DNA of 64,000 nt, from positions 91-64,090 of the forward strand of contig JAECQY010000003.1 in assembly GCA_016000045.1 (NCBI GenBank), read 5' to 3'. The notes beneath the pieces are model-generated. The model was not told where the DNA came from, did not search any database, and was given only the letters and a program-made list of their open reading frames with translations. Below, one piece after another: positions 18,965 to 29,421 of the stretch. The position numbers were made by a program, and so were the translations under genes. The stretch comes from Myxococcaceae bacterium. GTDB lineage: Bacteria > Myxococcota > UBA727 > JABDBI01. Position 1 is the first letter of the stretch, and each line of letters starts with the position of its first letter.

Positions 18965-20233
18965 ATGAAGACGGTCGTTTCAGTGATTGGTTTGGGATAC
19001 GTTGGATTACCGCTCGCATTGGAGTTTGCCAAACACTTTGAAACCGTGGGTTTTGACTTGAGCATCGATCGAATAGAAGAACTGCGAACTTGCTTTGATC
19101 GGACAGAGCAGACTAGTGTCGAAGAACTTCAAGAAACAACGCTCAAGATAAGCTCTGATCCGGAAGTTTTAGTCCGAGCCAATTTCCATGTTATTACGGT
19201 TCCCACTCCCATCGACAGCAGCCGAAACCCAGACTTGACTTGTTTGATCAGCGCCAGTCAATTAATAGGGACATATCTTAAAAAAGGAGACACGGTCGTA
19301 TACGAGTCCACCGTATACCCCGGATTAACAGAAGAAGACTGTCTTCCGATCCTGGAACGAGCCTCAGGCCTTCAAGCGGGTCAGGACTTTCAGCTTGGTT
19401 ATTCACCCGAACGTGTGAATCCTGGTGATCCGGTTCATGCGCTAACCCATATTACGAAAGTGGTTTCGGGTATTGATTCCGCCAGTTTGAACCGCATTGC
19501 TGAAGTCTACAGCAAGGCCATTAAGGCCGGTGTCTATCGAGCACCAACGATTAAAACGGCCGAAGCGGCGAAAGTCATTGAAAACACTCAGCGCGATCTC
19601 AACGTAGCGCTGATGAACGAGCTGGCTGTTATCTTTCACAAAATGGATATCGATACTGGAGAAGTGCTTAAGGCCGCTCAAACAAAGTGGAACTTTTTGC
19701 CTTTTAAACCGGGTCTTGTCGGCGGCCATTGCATCAGCGTGGATCCTTACTACTTAACGCACAAAGCCCAGGCGTTGGGATACCACCCGGAAGTTATCTT
19801 GGCAGGGCGGCGCATCAACGATCAGATGGGAGCCTATGTGGCTCAGCAGACGATTCTACAGATGATCCATCAAGGCATCTCGATCAAAAACGCCCAAGTC
19901 GGGATTTTGGGAATTACCTTTAAAGAAAACTGTCCAGATATTCGAAATACCAAAGTGGTCGACATGATCAACGAACTGCATCGATTTGGAATTAAGACCT
20001 TTGTTCATGATCCGATGGCGTATCGCGAAGAAGTTTTACTTGAGTACAGCCTTGAACTGATTGATTGGGATCAGATGCCGCGTGTGGGGGCTTTTGTTTT
20101 GGCCGTTGCACACGATCAATACAAAAATTTAGAGACCAATGCCTATCTCAAAAAACTCGAACCCAACGGCCTGGTAATAGACGTCAAAGGTATTCTGGCT
20201 CCCACTCAAGCATTTCCCGTTTGGAGGCTATAA
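18965..20233 (+). CDS. Nucleotide-sugar dehydrogenase (TviB/WbpO-like)
   Basis: IGLGYVGLPLA, YESTVYPG, YSPERVNPGD, GLVGGHCISVDPYYL, FKENCPDIRN. Confidence 0.92.
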   Translation: MKTVVSVIGLGYVGLPLALEFAKHFETVGFDLSIDRIEELRTCFDRTEQTSVEELQETTLKISSDPEVLVRANFHVITVPTPIDSSRNPDLTCLISASQLIGTYLKKGDTVVYESTVYPGLTEEDCLPILERASGLQAGQDFQLGYSPERVNPGDPVHALTHITKVVSGIDSASLNRIAEVYSKAIKAGVYRAPTIKTAEAAKVIENTQRDLNVALMNELAVIFHKMDIDTGEVLKAAQTKWNFLPFKPGLVGGHCISVDPYYLTHKAQALGYHPEVILAGRRINDQMGAYVAQQTILQMIHQGISIKNAQVGILGITFKENCPDIRNTKVVDMINELHRFGIKTFVHDPMAYREEVLLEYSLELIDWDQMPRVGAFVLAVAHDQYKNLETNAYLKKLEPNGLVIDVKGILAPTQAFPVWRL

Positions 20234-20234
20234 C

Positions 20235-21236
20235 ATGATTTTGATAACCGGTGCCGCTGGCTTTGTTGGAGCCAGTTTATCTCGACGCTTTCTTAGAGAA
20301 GGGCAATGCGTCTTAGGTCTGGATAATTTGAATGACTACTACGACCCAGCACTTAAAAAGGCTCGATTGGATTGGCTCAAACATCCTAATTTTCGTTTTA
20401 TCAAACTGGACTTAGCGAATCGAGATGCGATGGAAAAACTCTTTTGCAACCATTCGTTCGATCAAGTCATCCATCTAGCCGCTCAAGCCGGAGTTCGTCA
20501 TTCTGTCACGCATCCGCACGTCTACATCGACTCGAATGTGACGGGCTTCCTGCATATCCTAGAAGGTTGCCGAAACGCCACAATCCCTCTGATCTACGCT
20601 TCAACCAGTTCGGTCTATGGAAAAAGCACACGACTCCCATTTTCCGAAGATGACCCTTGTGAACACCCCATCACTCTATACGGAGCAACGAAACGAGCCA
20701 ACGAACTCATGGCTTATTCTTACACGCACTTGTACACGTTTCCGACCACTGGGCTTCGATTTTTTACCGTGTATGGGCCTTGGGGTAGGCCTGATATGGC
20801 ACTGTTTAAGTTCACGGCGAACATCTTAAAAGGCGAGCCGATCGAGGTATACAACCATGGCGATATGCTGCGAAATTTTACCTACGTAGATGATATCGTC
20901 GAAGGCATTTTTCGACTCAGCCAAAAAAAAGCAAGAGGAGCTGAAATTTATAACCTAGGGAATCCGCTTAGCACTCCTCTCATGGATTACGTCCAAGAGA
21001 TTGAGGTCCAGACAGGCAAAAAAGCCATTCTCAATTTCATGCCCATGCAACCGGGAGACATTGCGCAAAACCCTGCGGATACCCGAAAACTCCAATTAGC
21101 CATTGGTTTCACCCCTCAGGTCCGTATCCAAGAAGGCATTCAACACTTCGTTGCTTGGTACCGAGATTATTATGGCTTAAGAACGTGTTCAGCTAAAAAA
21201 TCGGCTACTCGGTCCAAATCAAAAGGCCAAGGATAG
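20235..21236 (+). CDS. NAD-dependent epimerase (UDP-glucuronate 4-epimerase-like)
   Basis: TGAAGFVG, HLAAQAGVR, YGATK, LRFFTVYGPWGRPDMA. Confidence 0.92.
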   Translation: MILITGAAGFVGASLSRRFLREGQCVLGLDNLNDYYDPALKKARLDWLKHPNFRFIKLDLANRDAMEKLFCNHSFDQVIHLAAQAGVRHSVTHPHVYIDSNVTGFLHILEGCRNATIPLIYASTSSVYGKSTRLPFSEDDPCEHPITLYGATKRANELMAYSYTHLYTFPTTGLRFFTVYGPWGRPDMALFKFTANILKGEPIEVYNHGDMLRNFTYVDDIVEGIFRLSQKKARGAEIYNLGNPLSTPLMDYVQEIEVQTGKKAILNFMPMQPGDIAQNPADTRKLQLAIGFTPQVRIQEGIQHFVAWYRDYYGLRTCSAKKSATRSKSKGQG

Positions 21237-21670
21237 CAAATTTGAACATCGGGGTATTGCTCCTGCAAATTTTTGACAATCTCCGGGATCTCAAACGCTG
21301 AATGCACACCTCCGGGAGTAAACATGGTCGTAAGGAGCTGAATATCTCGATAACCTTCGGAAACGAGCATCCGAACGGCTTCTTCGATGCTGGGTCCACA
21401 AAACTCATTGTAAGCAATTCGTAAGGTTCGATCTTCCAGCTTCTGAGCAAGTTTTTCAGCGATGGCTTGTACCCCAAAACAAAAAGGATCGTTCTCAGGC
21501 GTTCGAGGCCAAGCTCGGATTTCTTGATCGAGCGAACGTTCTTCTTGGCTTATCGAAGCACCGTTTCGATTACGTTGAGCCTCCAACATACGCAAACGAC
21601 TGATTTTATCAGAAGGATAGTCGCTTGGAACACCACCATGTCCAATCAAAATGACGGCTTTTTTATTCAT
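21170..21670 (-). CDS. CbiX/SirB-type sirohydrochlorin chelatase
   Basis: VILIGHG, AYNEFCGPSI, PGGVHSAFEIP. Confidence 0.8.
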   Translation of the reverse strand: MNKKAVILIGHGGVPSDYPSDKISRLRMLEAQRNRNGASISQEERSLDQEIRAWPRTPENDPFCFGVQAIAEKLAQKLEDRTLRIAYNEFCGPSIEEAVRMLVSEGYRDIQLLTTMFTPGGVHSAFEIPEIVKNLQEQYPDVQICYPWPFDLDRVADFLAEHVLKP

Positions 21671-22902
21671 GCCACTGGCCTATCAGATCGCATGAGATAC
21701 ACCAAGAGTAACAGCCCGGGCAAGGCAATCAAAGTCGATATTGAAAAATAAGCCGTCCAAGATAGTTGGTCAGCAATCCATCCGCAGGGAGAAGCCAAAA
21801 ATGTTCTGCCGACTGCCGTCAAAGAAGATAAGAGAGCGTATTGGGTGGCTGTGTAGGATGCATGGCAAAGTTTCGATAAATAGGCCACGAGCGCAGCCGT
21901 ACCCATTCCGCTCGTGATATTTTCAATGGCAATCACCAGCATTAAAACCGTCGTTTCATGTCCAGCCTGTGCTTGCCAAACAAAGGCCAGATTCGATAGA
22001 AGTTGCAGAATTCCGCATACGAAAAGCGCTTGATAGATTCCAGTTCGGCTCATCAACCACCCTCCCAGAAAACCTCCTCCAAGCGTGGCAGCAAGGCCAA
22101 ATATTTTGGTAATATGCGCGATTTCGATTTTACTAAATCCAACTGCGACATAAAACGGACTCGTCATGTTCGAAACAAAAGCATCTCCGAGTTTGTACAA
22201 AATGACAAAAACAAGAATCGAAATCCACCGTGGTCTCTGAGCAAAGTCAAGCAAAGGCTCCCAAACTGCTTGGGTGAACCAATGAGACGAAGAGGAAGGG
22301 GTCAATGGAGGCTGCGGAGCAGGTTCTGAACCCAACAAGGTTGCCAGTATCCCGCAGAGCAAGACAGCAGCCATCAACCCATACACCGTTCCCCAGGCAA
22401 AAAAAGAAGCTAAATAAAGAGCCCCGGCACCCGATATCATCATGCCGATCCGATACCCTAAAACAGCGGTAGCAGCTCCTGCCCCGTAAAGTCTTTCGTC
22501 CAAAATATCGACCCGATAAGCATCGATCGCGATATCTTGCGTGGCCGATAAAAAAGCAACCAACAAAGCTAGAAGCGCAATAAATCGAAGATTTTCAGCT
22601 GGGTTTGTCAAAGAAAATCCGAGTAAGCTCAGCAACAGCAACACCTGTGAAAGCAGCATCCAAGAACGTCTGCGGCCCAGCGCTTGAGTGAGCCAAGGGA
22701 TCGAAAGTTGGTCAACGAGGGGAGACCACAAAAATTTAAAGGTGTAAGGTATCCCGACTAAAGCAAAAAGGCCAATGGCTGTGTTATTGGCTCCCGATTC
22801 GGCTAACCAAATTCCCAGTGTGCCACCGGTTAATAAAAGAGGAAGTCCGCTGGCAATACCCAGAAGAAAAATGATTCCAATTCTTTGATCCCAGTAAATC
22901 AA
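21667..22902 (-). CDS. ampG: Muropeptide MFS permease
   Basis: SGLPLLL, KFLWSPLVD, GRRRSW, SATQDIAIDAYR, ATQYALLSS. Confidence 0.93.
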   Translation of the reverse strand: MIYWDQRIGIIFLLGIASGLPLLLTGGTLGIWLAESGANNTAIGLFALVGIPYTFKFLWSPLVDQLSIPWLTQALGRRRSWMLLSQVLLLLSLLGFSLTNPAENLRFIALLALLVAFLSATQDIAIDAYRVDILDERLYGAGAATAVLGYRIGMMISGAGALYLASFFAWGTVYGLMAAVLLCGILATLLGSEPAPQPPLTPSSSSHWFTQAVWEPLLDFAQRPRWISILVFVILYKLGDAFVSNMTSPFYVAVGFSKIEIAHITKIFGLAATLGGGFLGGWLMSRTGIYQALFVCGILQLLSNLAFVWQAQAGHETTVLMLVIAIENITSGMGTAALVAYLSKLCHASYTATQYALLSSLTAVGRTFLASPCGWIADQLSWTAYFSISTLIALPGLLLLVYLMRSDRPVA

Positions 22903-23660
22903 AAAGGTGTTTTCTCCTCAAAAGTCATCCATTGTTGTGTTCGGGGATGGTAACACGAAAATCGAGCCGCATGTAAAGCGATGCGGCCATGGAACCGGCT
23001 GTCCGCTCCGTACTTGGTATCACCTAAAATCGGATTCCCAAGAGAGGCGAGGTGAACACGAATCTGATTCTTGCGCCCCGTCTCAATTCGGATTTCACAT
23101 CGAGTCCAGTATTTGGATTGTTCCAAAGTTCGATAGTGGGTCACCGCACGCTTCCCCAGAGCTGCATCGGTTGTGATATAGCTTTTTAGGGCTTTGTTTT
23201 CGGCGAGTAGGCCTTCGACCGTTCCGGAAGCTTGCTTGGGATGTCCTTCGACTAAAGCGTGATAAATTTTTTCGAACCGACTCCAATTGGTTTCCAGAAT
23301 GGCTTCTATTGAGGAAGATTTCGCAAAAATCATGACTCCTGAAACTTTGCTATCCAAACGGTGAGTGAGAATAACCGACGTATGCTTGCGAATCTGTTGA
23401 ACAAATTTTTCAGATGTCATTCCAGCGGGCTTGCACGTGACGAGAATCGCGTCATCTTCAAAGAGAATGGGGTAGGGAGACTGGGCTTGACTGCGTTCAC
23501 GATGAGAAAGCAACTCAAGCTTGGCACCTGGAAGCAGGATGAAGTGAGGTCTGTTGTGAACGGTGCCATCGACTCGAACAAATCCGTTTTGAATGTACTC
23601 ACGAGCTTTGCTGCGCGAAGCGAGTCGAAAGTGTTTTTGAACGCCATCAAGAAGGTTCAT
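22899..23660 (-). CDS. RluA-family 23S rRNA pseudouridine synthase
   Basis: S4-like N-terminus, HRLD, ETGRKNQIRVHL, PILGDTKYG, LHA. Confidence 0.88.
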   Translation of the reverse strand: MNLLDGVQKHFRLASRSKAREYIQNGFVRVDGTVHNRPHFILLPGAKLELLSHRERSQAQSPYPILFEDDAILVTCKPAGMTSEKFVQQIRKHTSVILTHRLDSKVSGVMIFAKSSSIEAILETNWSRFEKIYHALVEGHPKQASGTVEGLLAENKALKSYITTDAALGKRAVTHYRTLEQSKYWTRCEIRIETGRKNQIRVHLASLGNPILGDTKYGADSRFHGRIALHAARFSCYHPRTQQWMTFEEKTPF

Positions 23661-25251
23661 GTATCATACTCGCTTCAACAAAAGCTTTAAACAGTGGGTG
23701 AGGGCTCAAAGGCTTCGATAAAAATTCAGGATGGAACTGGCAAGCAATAAAGAATGGATGGTTGGAAAGCTCCACGACTTCTACCAATAGACCATCGGGA
23801 GACAAACCACTTAATTGAAGTCCAGCGTTTTCCAATTGACTCCGAAACGCGTTATTGACTTCGAAGCGATGACGATGGCGCTCAAATATCTCTTGGCTGC
23901 CGTAGATTTGGTGTGCCAGTGAGCCCAGTTGCAGAGAGCAAGGGTAAGTCCCGAGCCGCATGGTTCCGCCTTTTCGCGTAAGGCCTGCTTGATCTGGCAT
24001 AAAATGAATCACTTGGCAGTCTGATTGAGGATCAAATTCTTGAGAAGTTGCTTTAGGCAAATTGGCTTGATGACGCGCAAATTCGATCACTGCGATTTGA
24101 AGGCCCAAGCAAATGCCCAAAAATGGAATGCGGTGCTCTCGGGCGTATTGGACCGCATCGATTTTACCTTGTGTTCCTCGTTCTCCAAAGCCACCGGGCA
24201 CGAGAATCCCATCGAGGCCTTGAAACGGTTCTGAGCCTTGATGCTCGATTTCTTCTGAATCGATATAGCGGCAGTTTACTTTCACTCCACAAGCAATACC
24301 AGCATGAATTAAGGCTTCGTTAACGCTTTTATAGCTTTCGGTTGGGTTGACATACTTGCCTACAACCCCAATTTGAACCACCCCGGTTGGCGATTTAAAG
24401 CCTTGAACCACGCGTTCCCAGCCAGATAAATCTACCGAGGGTGCCGAAATATTGAAAGCTTCTAAAATGCGCTGATCCACACCTTCTTGAGAAAAGACCA
24501 GCGGAACTTCGTAAACTGTTTGCAAATCGGGACAACTGGCAATGGACTCTACCGGTAGATTACAAAACTGAGAAATTTTTGATTTGATCTCAGCCGTCAC
24601 GGGTTCTTCTGCCCGCAACAAAAGCAGGTCCGGTTGAACACCTAGACTTAGCAATTCTTTGACGGAGTGCTGAGTGGGCTTGGTCTTAATCTCTCCTGCA
24701 GCTCGAATCAGCGGAAGATAAGAAACATGCACAAAAATCGTATTGAGAGAACCTTCCTCTTGCCGCATCTGCCGAATGGCTTCAATGAAGGGCAAAGATT
24801 CAATGTCACCGACTGTTCCACCGACTTCACAAACCAGGATCTGATGACCTTTTCCGGCAGCCCGGATGGTGTCTTTGATCGCGTCTGTAATATGAGGAAT
24901 TACTTGAACAGTTGCTCCTAAGTATTCGCCATTTCTCTCTTTTTCTAAAACTTCTAAATAAATTTGACCCGATGTCTTGGTGTTTAATCGGCCGAGGCGT
25001 GCATGGATGTAGCGCTCATAGTGTCCCAAGTCGAGATCGGTTTCTGCTCCATCGTCCGTGACAAAAACCTCTCCATGTTGGAATGGGTTCATGGTTCCTG
25101 GATCCACGTTCAAATATGGATCGAGCTTTAACATACTCACATCAAGGCCTCGATTTTCCAGCAAAGTTCCAATCGAGGCGGAGGCAATGCCTTTTCCAAG
25201 CGAGCTAACCACGCCGCCTGTCACGAAGATGTATTGCGTTGATTGCGTCAT
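23647..25251 (-). CDS. pyrG: CTP synthase
   Basis: FVTGGVVSSLGKG, GICLG, ERHRHRFE, QFHPEF. Confidence 0.98.
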   Translation of the reverse strand: MTQSTQYIFVTGGVVSSLGKGIASASIGTLLENRGLDVSMLKLDPYLNVDPGTMNPFQHGEVFVTDDGAETDLDLGHYERYIHARLGRLNTKTSGQIYLEVLEKERNGEYLGATVQVIPHITDAIKDTIRAAGKGHQILVCEVGGTVGDIESLPFIEAIRQMRQEEGSLNTIFVHVSYLPLIRAAGEIKTKPTQHSVKELLSLGVQPDLLLLRAEEPVTAEIKSKISQFCNLPVESIASCPDLQTVYEVPLVFSQEGVDQRILEAFNISAPSVDLSGWERVVQGFKSPTGVVQIGVVGKYVNPTESYKSVNEALIHAGIACGVKVNCRYIDSEEIEHQGSEPFQGLDGILVPGGFGERGTQGKIDAVQYAREHRIPFLGICLGLQIAVIEFARHQANLPKATSQEFDPQSDCQVIHFMPDQAGLTRKGGTMRLGTYPCSLQLGSLAHQIYGSQEIFERHRHRFEVNNAFRSQLENAGLQLSGLSPDGLLVEVVELSNHPFFIACQFHPEFLSKPLSPHPLFKAFVEASMIHEPS

Positions 25252-25325
25252 GGGAGTTGATGATAGCCTATGTCTCTAAAATTCCAAGTAGAAAGGGCAA
25301 GCAAAATATGAAACTCTTTCATTTC

Positions 25326-26045
25326 ATGCATCGCGCCTACATCCAACCGAACAAGCTTCGTCTTGCCAATCCAGCATCCCGTCTCGAACTTCCAGAGGAA
25401 GTTTGTCACCGATTGCAACGAGTTCTTCGCTTAAAAGATGGCGAAGAAGTCGAGCTTTTTGATGGAGCCGGTCTTTGTATTCGAGGAACTCTGCAAGCTC
25501 AGGTTTTGTTTGTAGGGCAGGTAGAGCATCACCCGCAGCCTTTGCGGAAGCTCACTCTCGTTCAAGCCTTGATCGCCTTGGATAAGCTTGAGGAAGTGAT
25601 CCAACGCGCTACGGAACTAGCCGTGGATGAGATCATTTTGGTTCGCTTAGAACGAAGCCAAATTCATTTTGAGTCAAAGCTTCGATCGAAACTGGAACGC
25701 CTTCAACGAATTGCTCAAGATGCCAGCCGTCAATCCGGCAGGGCCTTTGTTCCGGAGGTTCTTAGCATTCCCAATTTGATTCAAGTATTATCCCATAAAG
25801 CCGACCTCAATCTTGTCGCAGATCCCAGCTCACTAACCACGATTCAAAGCGTTCTAGGAAAAAAACTCCTTGAATCGGAACGAGTACGGATTTTTGTTGG
25901 ACCAGAAGGAGGCTTCTCCAAGGCAGAAATTCAGCTTTTTGAAGAACAAGCTTTTGAGCGAGTCAAAATTGCTCCCTTTATTCTGAGAACAGAAACAGCT
26001 GGTATCGCCATGTTGGCACAAATTGCAGCCGCTTTGCTGAAATAG
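25326..26045 (+). CDS. rsmE: 16S rRNA m3U1498 methyltransferase
   Basis: RVLRL, ATELAV, QSGR, VGPEGGFS, ILRTETA. Confidence 0.9.
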   Translation: MHRAYIQPNKLRLANPASRLELPEEVCHRLQRVLRLKDGEEVELFDGAGLCIRGTLQAQVLFVGQVEHHPQPLRKLTLVQALIALDKLEEVIQRATELAVDEIILVRLERSQIHFESKLRSKLERLQRIAQDASRQSGRAFVPEVLSIPNLIQVLSHKADLNLVADPSSLTTIQSVLGKKLLESERVRIFVGPEGGFSKAEIQLFEEQAFERVKIAPFILRTETAGIAMLAQIAAALLK

Positions 26046-26127
26046 AAGGCCTTCCTCTGATAATCTATTCGCATGCCCTAAGCATTCGTTTTTTTTAACC
26101 GATTAAAAAGCATGAGAGAGAAAAAAG

Positions 26128-26958
26128 ATGCCGATCACCCTGGAAAGACCTGAAATTCGTCTGCCCGAAGAACTCAGAGCTCCAATACTTCGAAAACCGG
26201 ATGAGATCAAAACATCGGAAAATGCCCCTTGGACGCCTGTTCAAATCCACATTGCCGAAATGTTGCAAGATTTATTCAAAGGAAAAGACAGCTTTGAATT
26301 GAGTTCAAACCCGATCAATCGATCGATCGAGGATCTGGAACAAACAGGCATTCAGGTGAACTCAGATTCTAAAACAATTTCCTATCAGGGGCATACCTTT
26401 GCTCTTCCTTCGGCTCTTCAGATCGATTCTACTAGTAACTCGGTTCGATACATCCCTAAGGTATTTTCTGCACCTGCGCAGTCAAATCTCAGATCAATGC
26501 CTCTGGTCCACAAAACAACCTTTGGAGCTGCCCCCCTCGATCCGACTCCCGTTCTTAAAGCGATACAGAACGAAGCTCAATCTCCTCCTTTCACGAAGCC
26601 CAGTTTTTCTCCAGATACAGCTTCAACTTCACAAAGTTCCGCTCGAGCTCAACAAGTAATTCTGCCTGAAGCCAGCCAAATTATATCGAGTGTTAGCCAA
26701 ATGCAGCAGGCAATCGCTGGGGCAAGACTTTCGGAAACAAACAAAAGATTGCAGAATCAAACAATCCAAAACGCCGTCCAAATGGCTGCAGAACGAACCG
26801 TGGGTTCCATTGTGGCAAACCAAAGTGCACTCGATGACAACCGCCAGCAAAAGCAGCAAGATCGGGGCCTGTTGGAATTTGCAAGCCAAGCAGAACAAGA
26901 AAATCAAAGTGTGACAAAATCGGGGCAATCCGCAGGGCCTCACCAAGGGAAAAAATAG
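26128..26958 (+). CDS. Hypothetical Pro/Gln/Ser-rich protein
   Basis: 276-aa ORF with purine-rich RBS; no recognisable motif. Confidence 0.55.
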   Translation: MPITLERPEIRLPEELRAPILRKPDEIKTSENAPWTPVQIHIAEMLQDLFKGKDSFELSSNPINRSIEDLEQTGIQVNSDSKTISYQGHTFALPSALQIDSTSNSVRYIPKVFSAPAQSNLRSMPLVHKTTFGAAPLDPTPVLKAIQNEAQSPPFTKPSFSPDTASTSQSSARAQQVILPEASQIISSVSQMQQAIAGARLSETNKRLQNQTIQNAVQMAAERTVGSIVANQSALDDNRQQKQQDRGLLEFASQAEQENQSVTKSGQSAGPHQGKK

Positions 26959-26974
26959 AAGCGCCTCAACAAGT

Positions 26975-27376
26975 CTAGGAGGGGAGCCTCAATCCATGAA
27001 CCAGCGTTTTTGGGCCTTGCGGAAAAACAACTTCGATCTTGTTACTGCCCTTATCCGCGGTAACAACGCCAATCCCAAAAAGCGTATGTTTTAAAACAGA
27101 ACCTTTTTCGTAACGCGTATCCGTTCGATACGGCACGGCCTCCGCGCCACGAGTGCTCTCAAGCAAAGCCATGTAAGGCTTCGGCTTGACGTTTTGCACA
27201 CTTCCGCGAGCCTTGATGGGAGCAGTCCCTGGAGCGTGAGGCTTATACTGATGCTGAGCTTGGCACGTATTGCAGCCAACCCGCTTGATCTCTCCTCCAG
27301 CGATCGCCTCGATGGTATGAGCCAAGATTAGCTTGCAGCGTCCGCACCAACTATCGATATCAGAACCCGTTCTCAT
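26975..27376 (-). CDS. Conserved hypothetical zinc-binding protein
   Basis: IDSWCGRCK..HTI, CNTC..QH, H..FG.GVV, KIEV.F. Confidence 0.7.
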   Translation of the reverse strand: MRTGSDIDSWCGRCKLILAHTIEAIAGGEIKRVGCNTCQAQHQYKPHAPGTAPIKARGSVQNVKPKPYMALLESTRGAEAVPYRTDTRYEKGSVLKHTLFGIGVVTADKGSNKIEVVFPQGPKTLVHGLRLPS

Positions 27377-27377
27377 C

Positions 27378-29234
27378 TTAAGCTCCTTGTTCGAGCCAGT
27401 TCTGGAATGCATCAAAACGATAGGGTCTTCCTAAGAAATCTTGAACCAGCTCTGCAGCGTCCTTAGAACCTCCTGCTTCTAAAATCAACTGACGATAGCG
27501 TTTAGCTTGTTGCTTATCCATTAAGCCATTCGCTTCGAAAGCGCTCAAAAAATCTTTTGAGATAACTTTTGACCACATGTACGTGTAATACATGGCCGAG
27601 TAGTCTACCAAATGCCCAAAACTCATGGGCATATAGGTATCCGCCATCGGAGCAAAGTCCGAATATTTTGCCTGCAATTTGCTGAAAGTATCCATCGGCT
27701 CGAAAGACTCAGGATGCTGCCAATAGTATTGAAGACTCAGCTCTGCCAACATCATTTGCCGCTTCGTATCGATGCCTTTTCCAAATTCGTCAGCGGATCG
27801 CATTTTACTCACCAAATCGCTTGGAATCTGAGAAAAGGTCTGCAGCACTTCAGGATTCCAAGCCCATTCTTCAAAAAACTGAGAAGGTGCTTCCACAAAA
27901 TCCCATTCGGTGGATACGCCTGAAAAATGAATGTAAGGCTGGTTGCCTCCTAGGATATGGTGCATCAAATGCCCAAATTCGTGAAAGAAAGTAACGACCT
28001 GATCGTGATCCATTAAGTCTGTCGAAAAATTACATGCCAGAGCGCCAATAGGAAGCTGCTTGCCTTTAACGCCATTTTGAATGGTGAACTGAGCCGCGTG
28101 TTTGAACTTATTATCTCGAGGATGCAAATCCAAGTAAATCTCTCCCAACGCTCGATTTCCTCGGCTTACTTGGTAAACTTCAACGGATGGATGCCATACT
28201 TCAGGCTGCTTGACTCGCTCAAAACGAAGTTCAAAAAGCTGAGCACTTAAATCCAAGAGTCCATCGCGAACTTTGGGGAAGCTGAAATAAGATCGAACTT
28301 TTTGCGAATCTACCTGATAACGAGCTTTTCGAATTTTCTCTTCCAGGTAGGCTTTTTCATAGGGGTACACTTCGGTTGCGCTCGGATCCCGTTGACGCTT
28401 TTGAGCCAACAAGTCTGCGTATTCTTTTTTAGCTCCCATGGAAGCAATGGCAGAGATTTTATGAATGAAATCAGATGCATTTTGGCTTGTTTTCATCATT
28501 TTATCTTCAATGACATACTCTGCGAAACTAGGATAACCCAACAGCTGTGCAAGCTCATAACGCTTCTGAATAAGCTGTTTTAAAATAGCGACATTTTTGG
28601 GGTAGCCACGTTGATTTAGCTGAAGGTAGAGTTCTTTTCGAGCGTTTGCGTCCTCCGCGTAGGTCATGAACGGGATCGAGTCGGGATAATCCGTGCTAAT
28701 CGTCACTTTTCCGTTTGCCTGAACCGGATGCGAAGCGACAAAATCCGAAGGTAGGCCTTTTAAATGCGCGTGCGAGATTTCAATCGAGCGTTTGTCCTCT
28801 CGGATATTGCGTGCAAACTCTTGCCCGATCAGGGTCAATTGCTCTTCAAGTACTTTGATTTTCGCTCTTGTGGCCGAGTCTTGATTCACTCCTGAGCGTT
28901 TGAAGTTTTGGAGAATTTTGTCCAAAAGCCGTTTGGAGTCGCTTTTAAGGGAATGAGGTTTTAAAGCTGCAAATCGATCGTAGAGCGCGCGATCAAGCGA
29001 AAGATTCGTGATAAATTGGCTGGCTTGTTGCTCACACCGCTCGGCTTCTTCTCGAACTTTTTGGCTAGGGTGAACTTGAGAGAGCAGGCCAGGCAATGAA
29101 CTCATCGCATCCAGATGAACTTCAAGCTGATTGTATAGATTCAACGGATTCTTGGCACCCGAAACAATTTTTGCTCGAAGAGCTTCTGCTTTTTTTTGCT
29201 CGGTCTGGCACCGTACTTCTAGATTTTCAAACAT
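27378..29234 (-). CDS. M3-family (thimet-like) oligopeptidase
   Basis: YLDLHPRDNKFKHAA, FFHEFGHLMHH, DFVEAPSQ, YYTYMWS, FLGRP. Confidence 0.93.
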   Translation of the reverse strand: MFENLEVRCQTEQKKAEALRAKIVSGAKNPLNLYNQLEVHLDAMSSLPGLLSQVHPSQKVREEAERCEQQASQFITNLSLDRALYDRFAALKPHSLKSDSKRLLDKILQNFKRSGVNQDSATRAKIKVLEEQLTLIGQEFARNIREDKRSIEISHAHLKGLPSDFVASHPVQANGKVTISTDYPDSIPFMTYAEDANARKELYLQLNQRGYPKNVAILKQLIQKRYELAQLLGYPSFAEYVIEDKMMKTSQNASDFIHKISAIASMGAKKEYADLLAQKRQRDPSATEVYPYEKAYLEEKIRKARYQVDSQKVRSYFSFPKVRDGLLDLSAQLFELRFERVKQPEVWHPSVEVYQVSRGNRALGEIYLDLHPRDNKFKHAAQFTIQNGVKGKQLPIGALACNFSTDLMDHDQVVTFFHEFGHLMHHILGGNQPYIHFSGVSTEWDFVEAPSQFFEEWAWNPEVLQTFSQIPSDLVSKMRSADEFGKGIDTKRQMMLAELSLQYYWQHPESFEPMDTFSKLQAKYSDFAPMADTYMPMSFGHLVDYSAMYYTYMWSKVISKDFLSAFEANGLMDKQQAKRYRQLILEAGGSKDAAELVQDFLGRPYRFDAFQNWLEQGA

Positions 29235-29421
29235 GTTCTTTTCTCCTCCTTAGCCTAAGGAATCTCTTTTACGGCAAGGGATTGGTTTACAAACATCCTA
29301 ACATTTTTTAGAAGGTTTAGGTACCCAAGTGAGCCCTTTCCAATCTCAAACGCCCTTAACTCGAACAAGCTCTGGAGAAGTAAAGAGTGCTAGGGTGGAC
29401 TGGGTTCTGAAGAGGAGAAAA